Assembly (NCBI RefSeq): GCF_009914755.1
Contig: NC_060925.1
Reading direction: 5' to 3' (one strand)
Source of the DNA: the human T2T-CHM13v2.0 reference genome, Homo sapiens
Length of the DNA stretch: 64,000 bases
Under the pieces are notes generated by a model. That model was not told where the DNA came from, made no database searches, and saw only the letters and a program-made list of their open reading frames with translations. The position numbers and the translations under genes were made by a program. Numbering within the stretch: position 1 is the first letter of the stretch; each line of letters opens with the position of its first letter. Shown piece by piece: positions 1-13,900 of this stretch.

Positions 1-250
1 CTTTCTTCACCACACTGACACTGAGTAATATATATTGTAGCTGTTCAATAAAACTTTATTGGATTTAATTGGTTATGAATTTTATGTGTGGGAAGGTGGT
101 TAACTTTCCTATCTGTAAGGAGAAATGCTCAATAGAATATCTTAAAATGGGGGAAGTTATGAAAATATAAAATAACAACCAGAGAGGCAAACCAGTTTAT
201 GAGATTCTGTATTAGAAAGCTGGAAAGAAGTTTTTAATAAGAAGAATGGA

Positions 251-703
<453 letters not shown>

Positions 704-1239
704 TCAGTTATGTGGCCATCCCTTATAACAATGATGAACAGATAGGAGGGTGTGCAATCTTTAAAGTTTAGAAACAAATTTGTCCTTCTGACATCCTTCC
801 CTTCTCTTGACACACGGTTGGTAATGGCCAAGATTCTGTTTTGCCTGATGGAGTTTTGAGTGAGTTAAATTAGGTTGTCTTGAAAATAGCTGGGCCAGAA
901 AATAAAAAGGTTTTCTCTCTTTGGAAAGGGGCTTTACTCCAGGGAAGAACACAGCTGTCCAGGAGGAATCCGGGACTGTTGAGTCCAGAAACTTCGATCC
1001 TTCTCCACCCTTTCCCCAGTGTTTCACCAGCAGAAAAAGAATGTTATTAAAGTCTGTGATGAAACAAAGCTGCACGCTGAGACGTGGCTGCCAGAACTTT
1101 TATTTTTATGGTTCTCTTGAGTTTGGGGAGAAATAATTAAATGTTGCAAATGTAAAAATTGGCAGTAACATTTTCCATTTTGCCAATAGTCATTCCTTTG
1201 GTTTTCCCTTGGATTTTATTTATTTCTTTCTCCTTTTAG

Positions 1240-1443
1240 GCATTGCTCTGTCATAGCCTGCTTGAGTGTTGTGTCTCTAGGAAGGCCAGAACACCAGGTT
1301 TGGATGTTACATAGCCAAGAACATTGTGTAGCAGTGCCTGGTTTTGCCACAAGACAGGTCTGTAGGAAATACCACTGCCACTGCAGCCGAGCACGTTGAA
1401 CTGACTGTGCTCAGGAATACTTCACCAGTAGGCTTACTGGAAG
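1240..1443 (+). other. Candidate 204-nt internal exon, non-coding or poison (stops in all three frames)
   Basis: Acceptor TTTCTTTCTCCTTTTAG|G at 1239/1240 and donor AAG|GTATGT at 1443/1444 around unique, more GC-rich sequence; no transcript evidence available. Confidence 0.45.
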
Positions 1444-1871
1444 GTATGTCTTTCTGCATCTGTGATTTGCAGAGGGGCATATGATTGCCTTGCTGTTGGA
1501 AACATAGGAAATATGGTTTTTGGGGATTCTACTTTGAAATAATGGTACTCGTCAATGCAGTGGGAAACTACAATATCAGGATGTTAAGAAAGGGTTCAAA
1601 AGGTTTTAGGAAGTCTTGAAAGATAAATGCCCATTCCAATTGAGCCAGTAGGTCAGTCTTCTTAGGGTTTCTGTGATAATATAGGACTTTAGAGTGGAGA
1701 CGCCTTTCCTGACAAGTCTAGGGTTGATTTTATGTATTTGCTAAGATTTATTAAAATAAAAAATGGCATATTCTATAAGGAAAAATAATATTAATGGTAT
1801 TTTAATTAAGCTTAAGCAATAAATAATGGTTATCACATAATTTTTATTTATTATTCTTTACCTTATTTCAG

Positions 1872-1922
1872 GGTCTGTCTTACTGTGAAGTTTCAATAAA
1901 ATGCTTAGAACTACATTTTCCT
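1872..1922 (+). other. Candidate short terminal exon with poly(A) signal
   Basis: Acceptor TTATTCTTTACCTTATTTCAG|G at 1871/1872; AATAAA at 1895-1900. Confidence 0.3.
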
Positions 1923-2225
<303 letters not shown>

Positions 2226-3388
2226 AGAAATACATTTTGTTTTATTGCAGGCAGGATACATTTCAAGAGGCTTACTTCACCTTCTCTGTCTGATCTCCGC
2301 CAAATATCTTGGCTTTGTATTTCCCATAACCCATCTGTTCTTCATGTAGCTGTGAAAGAAGTATATCTTTGAAAGCAGAATTTTGAGTAAAGAAACCCGA
2401 GAGTTAGGGAGAGATGACCAGGTTCCATGGCTCCTTGTTAATTTCACCTTCAAGCCACATACTGCCTCTTCTTGGGCCCTTGATCTACTGCTGAGCATAT
2501 CTTTTTCTTTCTTGGTGTGAATTCTGCCTCTCAGTATAGGTGGTATTTGTTAATTTAACTCTGACATAAACATGGGAACACTGCGCCTCAGTGTCATTGT
2601 CTGTAAAATGGGGTTATAAGGTATTTTCTGACCTACTTAAGGTTACCGTGAGGATTAAGTGATAATGTACAAAGAAGACTTTTAAAAATTAATATTGGAG
2701 TATAGTATAAGCATAGTGACATACAATGAATTATAATCAATAATAAATTGAATTTCACTTTGTGACCTCATAAAATTTGATTCCTTTCAGCTCTATCAAG
2801 GACAGCATCTTGCCTAATCACTTTTTGTTTTAGAAAAGTTAGATGCTTGTCCAATGTCACAAAGCAAGTTAGGGTAGAGGTAGGGCAAAAGCCCTGATCT
2901 CCTGACTCCCACACCAGCAGGATGCTTAGTTGTGATTTCTGCCTTGCTTTACCACTTGGGTCATCTTTCAGTGAAGGAGGTAACTATCTCTTCTTTCTTG
3001 AGTTAAAATAATACCTTAGTAGAAGCAAAGAACACTATCACTTTAGTTCTTTTCAGCCTTCATTTGCTGTTGCCTTCTGTGTCTAGGCGTGCTGAGCTGG
3101 CAGGAAGGTGACAAGTATGATAGATTCTGGCCTCTAAGGGGCTGTCAAGTCTAGTGAAAGGAGGTAAATGAGTAAACAGATAGACACTTCGGAGCCTGAG
3201 TTTCTGGTGCTGGCCCTTACACACAGGGTCTATCTGGGCAAGTCATGCCTGTCTTTGGGCTCAGGTTTCCCAGCTGCACATTGAGGTCCTGGACTAGATG
3301 TACAGAATGATCGTGATCACTGAGGTTCCTTCTAATTTGTCACCATCTATGGGTCTGTGATAATGCAAAGCTGTGTGCTTGCCAGCTG

Positions 3389-3451
3389 AAACTGAAATGA
3401 AGGAAAGTGATTAATTCATTTCACAAACTGAAATGAAGGAAAGCTATTAAT
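3389..3451. repeat. 36-bp-period tandem duplication (AAACTGAAATGAAGGAAAG x2)
   Basis: Identical 19-mers at 3389-3407 and 3425-3443. Confidence 0.9.
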
Positions 3452-3520
3452 CTGATGGCGTATTTTTCTTTATTTGTGATAAGTTTCACAGACTACATTT
3501 TCCAGCATTCAACACTGCCA

Positions 3521-3600
3521 TTGTATTGTATTGTATTGTATTGTATTGTATTGTATTGTATTGTATTGTATTGTATTGTATTGTATTGTATTGTATTGTA
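3521..3600. repeat. (TTGTA)16 perfect pentanucleotide microsatellite
   Basis: Read directly; accounts for the IQYNT repeat ORF. Confidence 0.99.
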
Positions 3601-3800
3601 TCATAGATGGCGATACTTGTTCAGTTAACCAAATGGTCAACTTTGCAAAAATAGCAGAAGTGGACATCTCATGATGATTTAATACAGGACACAAAAATCA
3701 ATGCTAGCATTAACTACTATTCTCGGCCTTTCTGCAGTGTTTTTCTGATAGGAACCTTTGTATTAAACCACCTTCTTTTTTTCCTAAAAAGGACCATAGC

Positions 3801-4067
3801 ATAATAGCAGCTAGCATTTATTTGGTGTTTTCCTGTGTGATAGGTAAGTGTTGTTTTAAGTGCTTCCCATATAAAAATTCATGTAATCTTTGCAGCATTT
3901 TGAAGTAGGCATTATTATCATCCCTATTTTAGAGATAAGACAACCGAGGTACAAGAAATTAAGTAAAACTTATTCAAGATTACACAGCTATTAAGAGATG
4001 GAGGCAGGATTCAAACTCAGGCGGTCAGCCTCAGGCAGCCTCATGTTTCATGGCTGGACCATTGCCT
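3801..4067 (-). mobile_element. MIR SINE, near full length
   Basis: Reverse-complement core CCCTATTTTAGAGATAAGACAACCGAGG...ACACAGCTATTAAG...GGATTCAAACTCAGG. Confidence 0.85.
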
Positions 4068-5249
4068 AAATGAAAGCTGCTCACTCTCAGCCTATTGAGA
4101 ACCTGGAGAAACTGGCCTTGTTATGAGGCCACAGGCTAAGAAAGCAGTTGTATCAGCTTACTTGTGGCTCTAAACTTGGCCAGATCCTCAAGTCTAAGGA
4201 TTCTTACTATGCACAGGTGTTCTCAGTCTGGATTCATGTCTCAGGTGACTCATGAACCCTTGGAAATTGTGTGCCAAATGCATTTATGAGTCCATGTGTG
4301 TTGTGTTGGTATGACGGGGGGTAGGCGGTTTGGTGGTTTTCTGCACAGTATCAGCAGAGCCTCTACTCTGTCACTGGCAGGATCCTAGCTGTGCAGGCGT
4401 TTGTCAGCCTAAATCTAAATCAAGATTCTGGGCTGGGAATTAGGATATAGCTCCCCATTGAACAAGTGAGTGGCTATAGGATCTTGGAAGAACCAGGCTT
4501 TCCAAATGTCCTCCCACCCCTTGGAACTCTGCTGCTGTGGAGCAGTTGTACGATGTCCTTTTCTCTCTTTGAAGCTTTCCAAATCTTTCAATCTTTTTTT
4601 TTTTTGCCTCCAAATTTTGGAACCTCAAAATTTCAAGGTTTTTTTTTTTAATTTTTTTATTTTTTTTCCTTTTGTTTTACCTTCTCCTTTCTGGCTTTGT
4701 TCAGAAATCAGGTATCAATAAGCTTTTTATTACTCATCCAATCTGTGAGTTCAGTTTCCCATTTAACTTTTATGAATGTTTTCTTTGTTAAGATGAGTCC
4801 TTTCAAACCCCTGTAAAGAATGTTTCACTATATACAAACATAAAAACGAAGTGTTAAAACTAGAAAATCCAAGTGGAAACACAAACATACATATACATTT
4901 TTCCCCAGGCAATTTAGCTTCATAGAAATTGAGTGCATCTGCAAGGGAATTTTTTTTTAAATGTTATTGGTAGTTTTGTTATTTGTATTACCTGTTTGGT
5001 CCTAGTCTTTATAGTTGATTACTCTAGGTAGGTCTTTTTAGGACTGAAAATAGGTCACACATATCACAGTGGTCCCAGTGTTAGAGAGATGATAAAATTC
5101 TATTACAAAGTAGTTTTGTCATGCTTTTGGTCTAAATGAGTAATACAACTAGCATGTCCAGTGTCATTTTTGCTGTACTCTGGAAAACTTTTACCATCTA
5201 TCTCATCCTTATATACTGCAACAAACTTCTGATATTATTTCAATTGCAG

Positions 5250-5500
5250 TTCAGGCATTGCCCTCGACACAGGCTTAAGTTCAAGTCTCAGCTCTGTTAC
5301 TTACAAACCATATGACTTTGAGCAAGTTTATTTAATTTTGTGGAGTCCTTTTTTTTCCCATACAAGGGGAAAACAATAATTACATGTTGCTCAAAGGGTT
5401 ATGAGGAGTGAGGTCAGGCATGTTTATATGTTTCACTCTGGCGTTTTGCAGAGTAAGCACTTGATAAATGATGCTCGTGTTATTGATTGTCATCATCATC
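5250..5500 (+). mobile_element. MIR SINE
   Basis: GTTCAAGTCTCAGCTCTGTTACTTAC...TGACTTTGAGCAAGTT core. Confidence 0.7.
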
Positions 5501-6899
5501 ATTAATATGTGTAATAGGCTAGGTACAGTGCTTGGCACATAGCGGGCACTAAACAAATATTTTATTGGATTTGATTGTACATAGCGCTTGTGACTGAATC
5601 AGAGGTTGCCAGGGGTAGCTTTTTGCTCAGTAGATTAACAAGGAGGAAATTGTTGAACAGAACAACTGATGGCTCTACCTTTAAGTCAATGAATTTCATA
5701 GTGAAGTGGTCTTGAATGCAAATGATGAAATGTGGCAAGTCTGGTGGAGAAAAAAACCCAACAATCTTGAAGCTGTTTTAAAGAGTAGCAGTTGCCTAGT
5801 CACCCCAATTGCTGAAATTTTCCTTCTCTTCCTTGAATAAGGAGTAGAGAGGGGCAGAGAGGTTACTGGTCATGTTCATTAATTTTCTTTCAAGAACTGC
5901 CACATGTCACCAGTGGTGCCCCCCCAGCACCAGTGCTGTTTGGCAGTCTTCTCTTTGCCCCAGAGAAGCCAAAATGTTAAATTGATGGAGCTTACTAGAT
6001 CTGACAGAGAAATTCTTCACGTCTGGCCTGGATGTCTAAGTAAATTTGGTGTACTTCTTGTGGTCTGGAGCAAATGCTGGAAGCTATTAGAATTCTGAAC
6101 AAAACCCTCCATTCAAAGACTGCTCGTTTCCTGCTGGGGTAATCCAAGTATCAAACATTAAGAAATATGGGCAAGGCAAATGTGGCTGCTCATTGCAAAA
6201 CCCACCAAGGTGTCTACGACATCTCCCCAAATGACTTGGAATGTTACATCCACTTGATCATCTTGAATAAGTGGTTTCTTTTGAAAACAAGAGCTCTACT
6301 TTTCCTACACCAAGTATAGATGGGAATTGGCTGAATTTCCTCTTGTCAGTCAAATTTAGGAGAAGAAAGCTTTCCTCCTTCCCTTGAAGTTCTAGGGACC
6401 TAGCCTTTTTTTTTGGTTTTATTTTGTTTCATTCTCCTTTCCTTATATATTTCCTTCTGAAATAAAAAAAAGTATCTTTCATTAGATATAGTTATGGATC
6501 TATTGTTTTAGACTAGGCCTGCTCAGTGGCTGGAAACGATTTTATTAAGAAGGCTTTATAGAGAAGCTTTGGTTTATCTCATGAAATATCTGAGTTTGTC
6601 ATAGATTGTTTCCTTTCTGTACAGAAAGTTATTTTCTGTGAAATTCCAGGTGTTCTTTTACATAGACTTGAAAGGAATAGATTTGATAGTCCAGGTTTTT
6701 TTTTTCCCTAAGAAGAATATGTTCTTGTGATAGATTAATTGAGGATGAAATCAGATAACATAGATGAAATCACTGGATAGGCATAGTGAAAACCATTATT
6801 TTAATTAATCTAGCTACAGTGTTTGTACAGCCAGCTATGCAGCTGAAGGCTGCCATGTAGTAGCTGCTACACTGTTTGGCTCCTGTACTTATACTGTAT

Positions 6900-7046
6900 G
6901 GGGACCTCTTTCTTAGACAGTCTCACTCCTGCTGGACTGTAAACTCCTGGAGAACAGGGACAAAGCCTTGTTCATTAGAGTATTCCTAGTGCATTCCACT
7001 ATAATAGACACATAATTAATACTTTTAAAAAATGAACAAATGAATA
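6900..7046 (+). mobile_element. L2 3' end
   Basis: CTGGACTGTAAACTCCTGGAGAACAGGGAC...ATGAACAAATGAAT. Confidence 0.75.
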
Positions 7047-7641
7047 AGACATTTGTACAGAACTTGAGTGTTAGACCAGGTGGTTTCACAAAACAAAGCG
7101 CTCACGGAGGTTTATTGGCCTTCCTCCTATGTCTTTGACCTTTTCCTTAGCTTGTGTCTATGCTGTGTTTCCTGTCTACGAGATGGTGGAGATGGCGAGC
7201 CCAGTTTTCTTTCATCTTGAAAGGATTCAGCTCCATTACTTAATAGTCCCAGTCATGTTCCTTTCCCCCTAGAATCTGTGTATGAGATGTGAAATCCATG
7301 AAAAGATAATGTTGAATGGGAAAAATTAACCTATTTTGATGACTTTTAAGGAGTTCTAACTGTGCATGATAGCAGGCGACTCCCTTGTCAGTAGGCAGCA
7401 GGCCTGTGTTATGTCAGGGGTAACGAGGTGGTTCACTTGTGGAGAGTTTTCTGTCTTTTCTTCCAAGTTATGCTGACCTCGCCGACGAAAATATTCCCCA
7501 TCTAATAAAAGTCAGAGCAAATTTATGGGCCTGCCCCTGACCACTTGTCCTTTATCCTTTAAAAGAAAAAATAAATCTAGGATAAGATCCATAGGTTACT
7601 GTTGGACCATGGAAATGATGGGCAGGGGCCAAATATCCCAC

Positions 7642-7834
7642 CTTCCTTGATCTGCTTCTCTTTTCCCGATTCCGGCTGTCTGGGGGATGCTGAAGCTTGT
7701 GGCATGAGGGTTACTGCCGAGCATGGCCATGTCGTTAGTTCCCTTTGGAAACAAGCTGTTGCTCTCCCTGCCTGGAGGGCCACACGCCTTGGCACCACAC
7801 TGAAGAGATCCCAGGCGTGGCTGGAGTGAAGCTG
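7642..7834 (-). other. Candidate antisense exon (193 nt; 190 nt with the NAGNAG alternative)
   Basis: On minus: branch point CTGAC (7859-7863), acceptor GCTTTTTCATTAG|CAG, donor AAG|GTGGGA; unique sequence that retains CpGs. Confidence 0.35.
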
Positions 7835-8127
7835 CTAATGAAAAAGCAGCCATGGCAGGTCAGGACGAATCAAGCAAAAAGGAGGACATTCTATAATTAA
7901 AGATTCAGAGAAATACTAGCGCAGTTTTTGTTGTTGTTGTTGTTGTTTTGTTTTTTTGTTTTTGCCAACGCTATGACAATTGCTCTTTCTACCTGTTCCC
8001 GTGGGTTTTCTGTCATTTTATCACTCATTAAACAAGTGTTTATTAAATCTCTACTTTCTGTGTGCTGCTTACCTGTGTGCTGTTGACCATAGTTCAGGGA
8101 TTACTTAAAGCATCAATGAGTGTGCGA

Positions 8128-8145
8128 TGACTCAGGAATGAGTCG
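8128..8145. promoter_or_regulatory. AP-1/TEAD composite motif TGACTCA-GGAA-TGAGTCG
   Basis: TGACTCA 8128-8134, GGAATG 8135-8140, near-AP-1 TGAGTCG 8139-8145; motif match only. Confidence 0.45.
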
Positions 8146-8214
8146 GGTCCTCAAGGATCTTGTCACCTAGTAAGAGACAGAGAAATATGAGGCAGAGGGA
8201 GGCTGGGCCATAGG

Positions 8215-8460
8215 ATATGGCAGGATGCAGAGCAAAGAGCTCCAGAGTCTGATAGACCTGGGATCAAATTCAGGCTCTACCACTTATGAGCACATTTGGC
8301 TTTGGGCAATTTACTTAATCTTGAACTTCAGTTTCTAAATCTTTGATTGTGCATAATACACAGCGTCCTGGAAGGGTTGTTTTAGGATTTGAAATAAGCT
8401 GTGAAAAGGGCCTGGCCTAGAGTTAGCACTTGACAAATGGCTGCTCTTATTATTTTATTA
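8215..8460 (+). mobile_element. MIR SINE
   Basis: AGACCTGGGATCAAATTCAGGCTCTACCACTTA...TTGGGCAATTTACTTAA. Confidence 0.8.
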
Positions 8461-10669
8461 TCTCTGGCGAGGTGCTGATAACCATGTGAGTTCAGGGGAG
8501 GCAGTCTCCACCCCGTGGACAGAAGTGAGAGGATCAGCAAGGGGATCAGGAGTTTCATGGGGCACATGCCTCTGCACTGAGCTTGGGAGAATGAGTAGGA
8601 TCTGGGAACGTCGTGAAGGAGAATAGAGAAGAAACTTTATTCAAGACATAGGTTTTTACACATTTTGTTTTGTTTTTAGCAAATAGGCACTTATTTTGCA
8701 TCATTTTTATTTGCAGTATGCAATCAAATTGTGAGATTACTTAAGCCTTAGCATGAATCCCAGTGCCAACAGTTGTGTATTTCTTTCTTCTGCTTTCTTT
8801 TGTTGTCCCCCACAACCTTCTCTGAACAGCATCTATTAAGTGATTGCAGAGTCTCATGACTTGGTTGTGTTGGAATCTCTGCATTAGTGGGGACACCCTT
8901 CCAATTCCTTGTTAGGATCAAATGTGTTTTAGAGAAGGTATCTGGTTCCCAAGTTCTCTGTTGTTTTTTGGAACCATGAAAGCCTAGAGATGTTATGGCA
9001 GGATGTCCCTAATATGCATGGCAAGCCCTCGACAATGATTATGGCAGTTGTTACTATTACTGATTATTTGTAACTTCTAATAATCCAGAATTTAAATTGG
9101 TCAAAGACACGCTGCTCCTCAGGGAGTCTGAATATACTGGTATCAGCCCAGTGTCCTTCCACACTGGCCTGCAGCTCATTGTGACTGGGCCAACTTTGGC
9201 CTTTGTGCCTGGCTTCTATGCCAACCTGCCAAGTCCTTGAGATGCTGTGCACCTTACTATTTTTTGTCAGGCCTGCTAAGAAGGGGGCTTGTGTCCTGCA
9301 GATCAAGGACCAATAGGAAGCCCTCACCACAAACCTGATTCACAGTACTCTCTCCTCTTTGCACTTTGCACTGAAGAATCATCCTCTCCTCCATACACAT
9401 TTTTTCCCCAGTACAGAACTTAGCTTTGTGGTGCTGGGTTATTAAGGAACCCAACTTGTATCCACTGTAGTTGTAATCTTGCTGGTCTTTGTCTGAGTTG
9501 CAAAACAACACTCATGGAAGTCCTCATTCAGTTATTCTAGAGCACTTGTTGAGCTCCTGGTAGAGGCAGAGTGCTGTCCACCAGATTTGTGCCTGATGGC
9601 ACAGAGAATGATCAAAAGGAATCTTGCAACTGGACATAGTTTCTTTAGACAGAGACAGAGGTAAGTAAGTAACCTCACATAAGTATCCTAACTCTTATTT
9701 TCCAAATGTTAATGCTTGACTGGCATGTTATAAAGCTAATTTGTTTATAGTTGTGCCACATAATTATACACTCTGTACATAATATGCTTTTGAAATTATT
9801 ATTTATTGCACAAATATTACAACAGAAACTGAACTCAAAACACAAGGAAAAATGTGTGTGGGCTCACCATTTGTACGAGTAAAACTTTTAATATATTTGT
9901 GTGTTCACTCATAGTCCTTATCCATGAATTCATAACTTTTGCACACAGTGGAAATCATACTGAAGATACCATTGGGTGTTCTGTTCTCCCCATTCTCCTC
10001 TCCCCATACACCATAATATTATTCATGTATGCTCTCAAGTTTAATCATGTCTGCATGCGGACATTTAGCTATCCTTAGAGAGCCCATAATTTGAACTCTG
10101 AGCATCTAGAGGAAGCTGCTGCCCCCAGCCCACTTAGGTACTTTCTTTTCCCCTTGTGGTGAGAATAGGAATTAGGTAGCAAGAGTTCCCAGGCTTCATT
10201 GTCCAAGGCTATGTTAGTATTTTCATCATAAATCTTGAGGCATCGCCTATTAAAGCCTTTTTGCCTTTCTCATTAAAAGAAGAGAATTTAGAAGGAAATA
10301 TTTGAAAGACTCTAAGATGCCCAGGAGAAAGGTTCCAACATTATTACTCTGAGTAGACCAAGTTAGGTGTGGGTATATATTAATAGTAACTAAACACCTA
10401 GCAGTTTGGTGTATTCTGGAATGCTCTTGACTTGGGCTGAATGTGTCTGATGCTCTAGGTGTTCTTGCTGTCTCTGTCTGTCATCTGCCTGTCATTCTCC
10501 TGTGAGGGTAAGTAGTATCCCTTCCCAGACTGAGGATGGAAATGTTGAGGGGTGTAAAATGATAACTCAAACCTTTCCAAGAGTCCCCAAAGTGTGTACA
10601 GTGCATATGAAATTCTCCAAAAGGAGAAGAGGGATCTGGAAGTGCCACTGGGAGTGAGAGGCTGGGGAA

Positions 10670-10920
10670 CCAGTGGAGTAGAGGATAGTAGTGGCTTGAA
10701 GTCACAGAGCAAGAATTCAAAACTTTGCTCTGGCACTAGCTTGGTGGCCTTGGGCAAATTACTTAATGTTTCTGAATCTTTCCATGAGGAAGATAATTAC
10801 ATTGCCCACCTCACTTGGTTGTGGTCGGTATTAAACTGGATAATGCAAATAATGCACTTAGCACAACACCTGGCATAAATAATAAGCACTCAATAAATGT
10901 GAAATGTTATTGTTGTTATT
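10670..10920 (+). mobile_element. MIR SINE
   Basis: CCTTGGGCAAATTACTTAA...CCTGGCATA...GCACTCAATAAATG. Confidence 0.8.
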
Positions 10921-13900
10921 TCCTGCTTCACATTATAATTTTATTGCTTTCCAGACTGATGTCTCCGAACTTAGGTAGTAGTGGAGTCTGTGAGCTATTT
11001 TCAGTATTTCAAAATCTATGAAAAGGAGACAGTTCTGGTCACCATAATAAGTACATGACAGATGGAGTCTTTGAAACATGGTACCCACAGGGGAAGAATC
11101 CAGAAGGGGTCCTTTGTGTTGAAAAGTTGAGGCCTCGAGCTGAGGAAGTTAGCAAGTGCTTCAGTGAAAGCTTGTGGGTTTCCAGTTACAATGGGAGTAA
11201 ATAGAGGGATGTTGTGAGCAAAGAACTTGATTGGTTGCTATGAGAGATCGTTCCCCTGTGGAGCATCAGAAGTTGATGCACTCTGGAGACCCCAGTTGCT
11301 CTGTCATGTTTACCAGTTTGTAGAATGTGTTATCACTGCCAAGCACCTTGGAAGCAGTGAGAAAACTGCCAGACAAATGGAAACCGGTTTCTCTACCCAA
11401 CTTGGTAGAACATTTGCTCCAGGCAACCATACAGGCTCCAGGAGACATTTGCCTTGACAGTGCCTATTTTGTAAAGCTGTAATTTAAACTGACAAAACTT
11501 GATTTTGACATTGCAACAAGGTCTCTGTAGACTTAACACTATGTTCATTTTCCCATGCTTATCCCTACTGGAGACTGATGGGTTTACACCAACATGGAAG
11601 CTGGTTGGAATGGAAACCATCCAGAAAATGATTAGGGAGCTTGAAGCTCTCTGAAACTGGGCATAATGTGTATTAAGTCATTATAGTTTTAATGAAACTT
11701 GTCTTAGCTGGGGTCTCTTAACCACTTGTTTTCTAGTTGTAAATATTGAGTCCCTAATTTACACTAATGAGATGCTGTTGAGATTTAACGCCAATCTTAT
11801 ACTGCATTTGTCAAAGTGTAAGAGCTAACCTGAAATGTAGCTTTGCAAAATATTCTATTAAATAAACTTGGTGGAGAAGTAGCAACAAACAAACTGCATG
11901 CTTTCAGCAGAAACTGTCAACATACACATCTCTGAAGAAATTCATATTTTATGCCAGGGTGGTCTACAGTAGTTCCCATTAGTAAACGGTTAAATATCAC
12001 CCTTCCCTGGTAAATCTGAATACTTTTGTGTCTGTTGTGAAATGCTGTACACATCCTCTTTTGATGATCTGCCTGGGAATTCTCCACTGTGAGAATTGTC
12101 TCTTAAAAATGGGAAGCAGCAAGGCATAGTAGAAAGAATATAGGCACTGGTGACACATATATTTAGGCCTGAGCCCAGCTCCCAGTTGGTGGCCAGGTAA
12201 GTTCTTTAACCTCCTTTTGCTTATTTTTTTTTTCTCCCTGCAACATGGGGTTGGTAGTACTTATAGGGCAGTGCTATCCAAACACTTAGTAGAGGTGATA
12301 ATGTAAGTAGTGAACGTAGCTCCTGACATATAGTTGGTGTTCCCTAAAGGATAGATTGAAAGATATACACACCACCAAGTTGAATTCCTCTCAGATTTGT
12401 CCAAGGCCACCCAGCCTTTCTTGGCCTTTTCTTCCATCATTGGTTAGTGTGTGTTCTTGAAGGCAGTCTGATTTTATCCTTGGCTTAAAAAGTGGGGAAA
12501 TATTTAGGAAGCCTAGCCTAATGCAAGAGAACTCATCTATCTTACTGTAGGATCAAATACAAATGGTTTTTGGATTGTCCATTATTTATCTCTCACTTCT
12601 CTTCATTAGTGGTGCTAATGGAAACACAATTATCTTCATAGACTTTGTTAGTCACAATCTCTTGGTTTCTTCAAATCCCACAATAGCAAGAATATGTTGT
12701 GGTTTTTATAATCTCTTTTGGTTCCTCAAACCCAAAGAAGGACAGTGAGAGGGTGGGAGATGATTTGAGAGGGTATTTACATTCCCAGGATTTTCAGATA
12801 TATTTATGATTTTATTTTTTTGGAGACAGTGTTCCAATAGAGAGGTATTCTGTCTTCTCTTTTCTTTTTTCTCTTCTCTCTCCTCCCCCCAAATCGAGGT
12901 TGTAAGTGATGTGAGAGACCTACTGTGAACTGCTGTCACCAGATCCTGCTATGATTTCTCTTTGTTCTTAGTTCTGGAGTCATCAAGGCTACATGGAGAC
13001 ACGTACCTTCCACTGATATGTTTGCTCCTTGATTCAGGGCTGAGTGCCTGTTTGAGTGATTCTGGCTACAGCTAAATGATATTTCTGTTTCCAATAGTAT
13101 TGTAAACTATAGAGTAAGAATTTTCTTGTTGTTGTTGGGAGAGTTTGTTTTTCTTCTTAGTGTGTATTATCTCCCACCCCACTCCTCCAACCCGTTCTTT
13201 AAAAAACAAAACAAAACCAACAAACAAAAACTTGCATTGAAGCAACACCCAGAAGGAGTGAGCAGGCCTAGGCTGGAGTCTTATCCTGACATGGTAGAAT
13301 CCTGTTACTGTCTCTTCGTAGATTCATTTAAATTGTTTTGACTGATTCATGCAATCTCTCAGTCCATTGATGAAGTCAAAAGAAAAAGTATCACTAAAAA
13401 CTCACAGGACTGGTGCAGGTAGAATATTCTTTATCTATGGAAAATTCATTATCCTATCTAGAAGGATGTCTTGAAATAGCAGAATATTTTTATTATGTTT
13501 TTTTTCCAAGTAATACATGGTTCAAGAAAAAAGAAATTTTAAAATACTAATAGCAAAACTAAAATAAGCATGAATCTTAATTTTAACAAAGATTACAGTA
13601 GTCCATGGGAAGGATTGTCTGCCCATTGCAGTGGGTTTGATTGGTTTTTTTACTTGGAAGTGCTCATATTCTGGAATGTGTTTATAGATCTTGACCTTAG
13701 ATACTTCTCCTGACTCAGAAATTGTAAAATGTTTTGCTAGAGTAGCCAGTGGTGAGAGACCGCTACTGCTGTATGTTGCTCAGGGCTAACCTGTTAAGAG
13801 CTGGTCTCGTCGCTCAGAGAGAACCATGATGCTGATGCCAGTTTCTTGTTTATGTAAAAACATTTAAAAATGGGCAAGATACTCTCTAAGTACAAGATAG

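Noticed and set aside
1052-1083. GTC-T-GTGATGA...CTGA-GAC box C/D-like motif
   Set aside because: Only ~32 nt, too short for a snoRNA; the 731-791 C/D pair lacks a terminal stem
3509-3694. IQYNT repeat protein
   Set aside because: Translation of (TACAA)n
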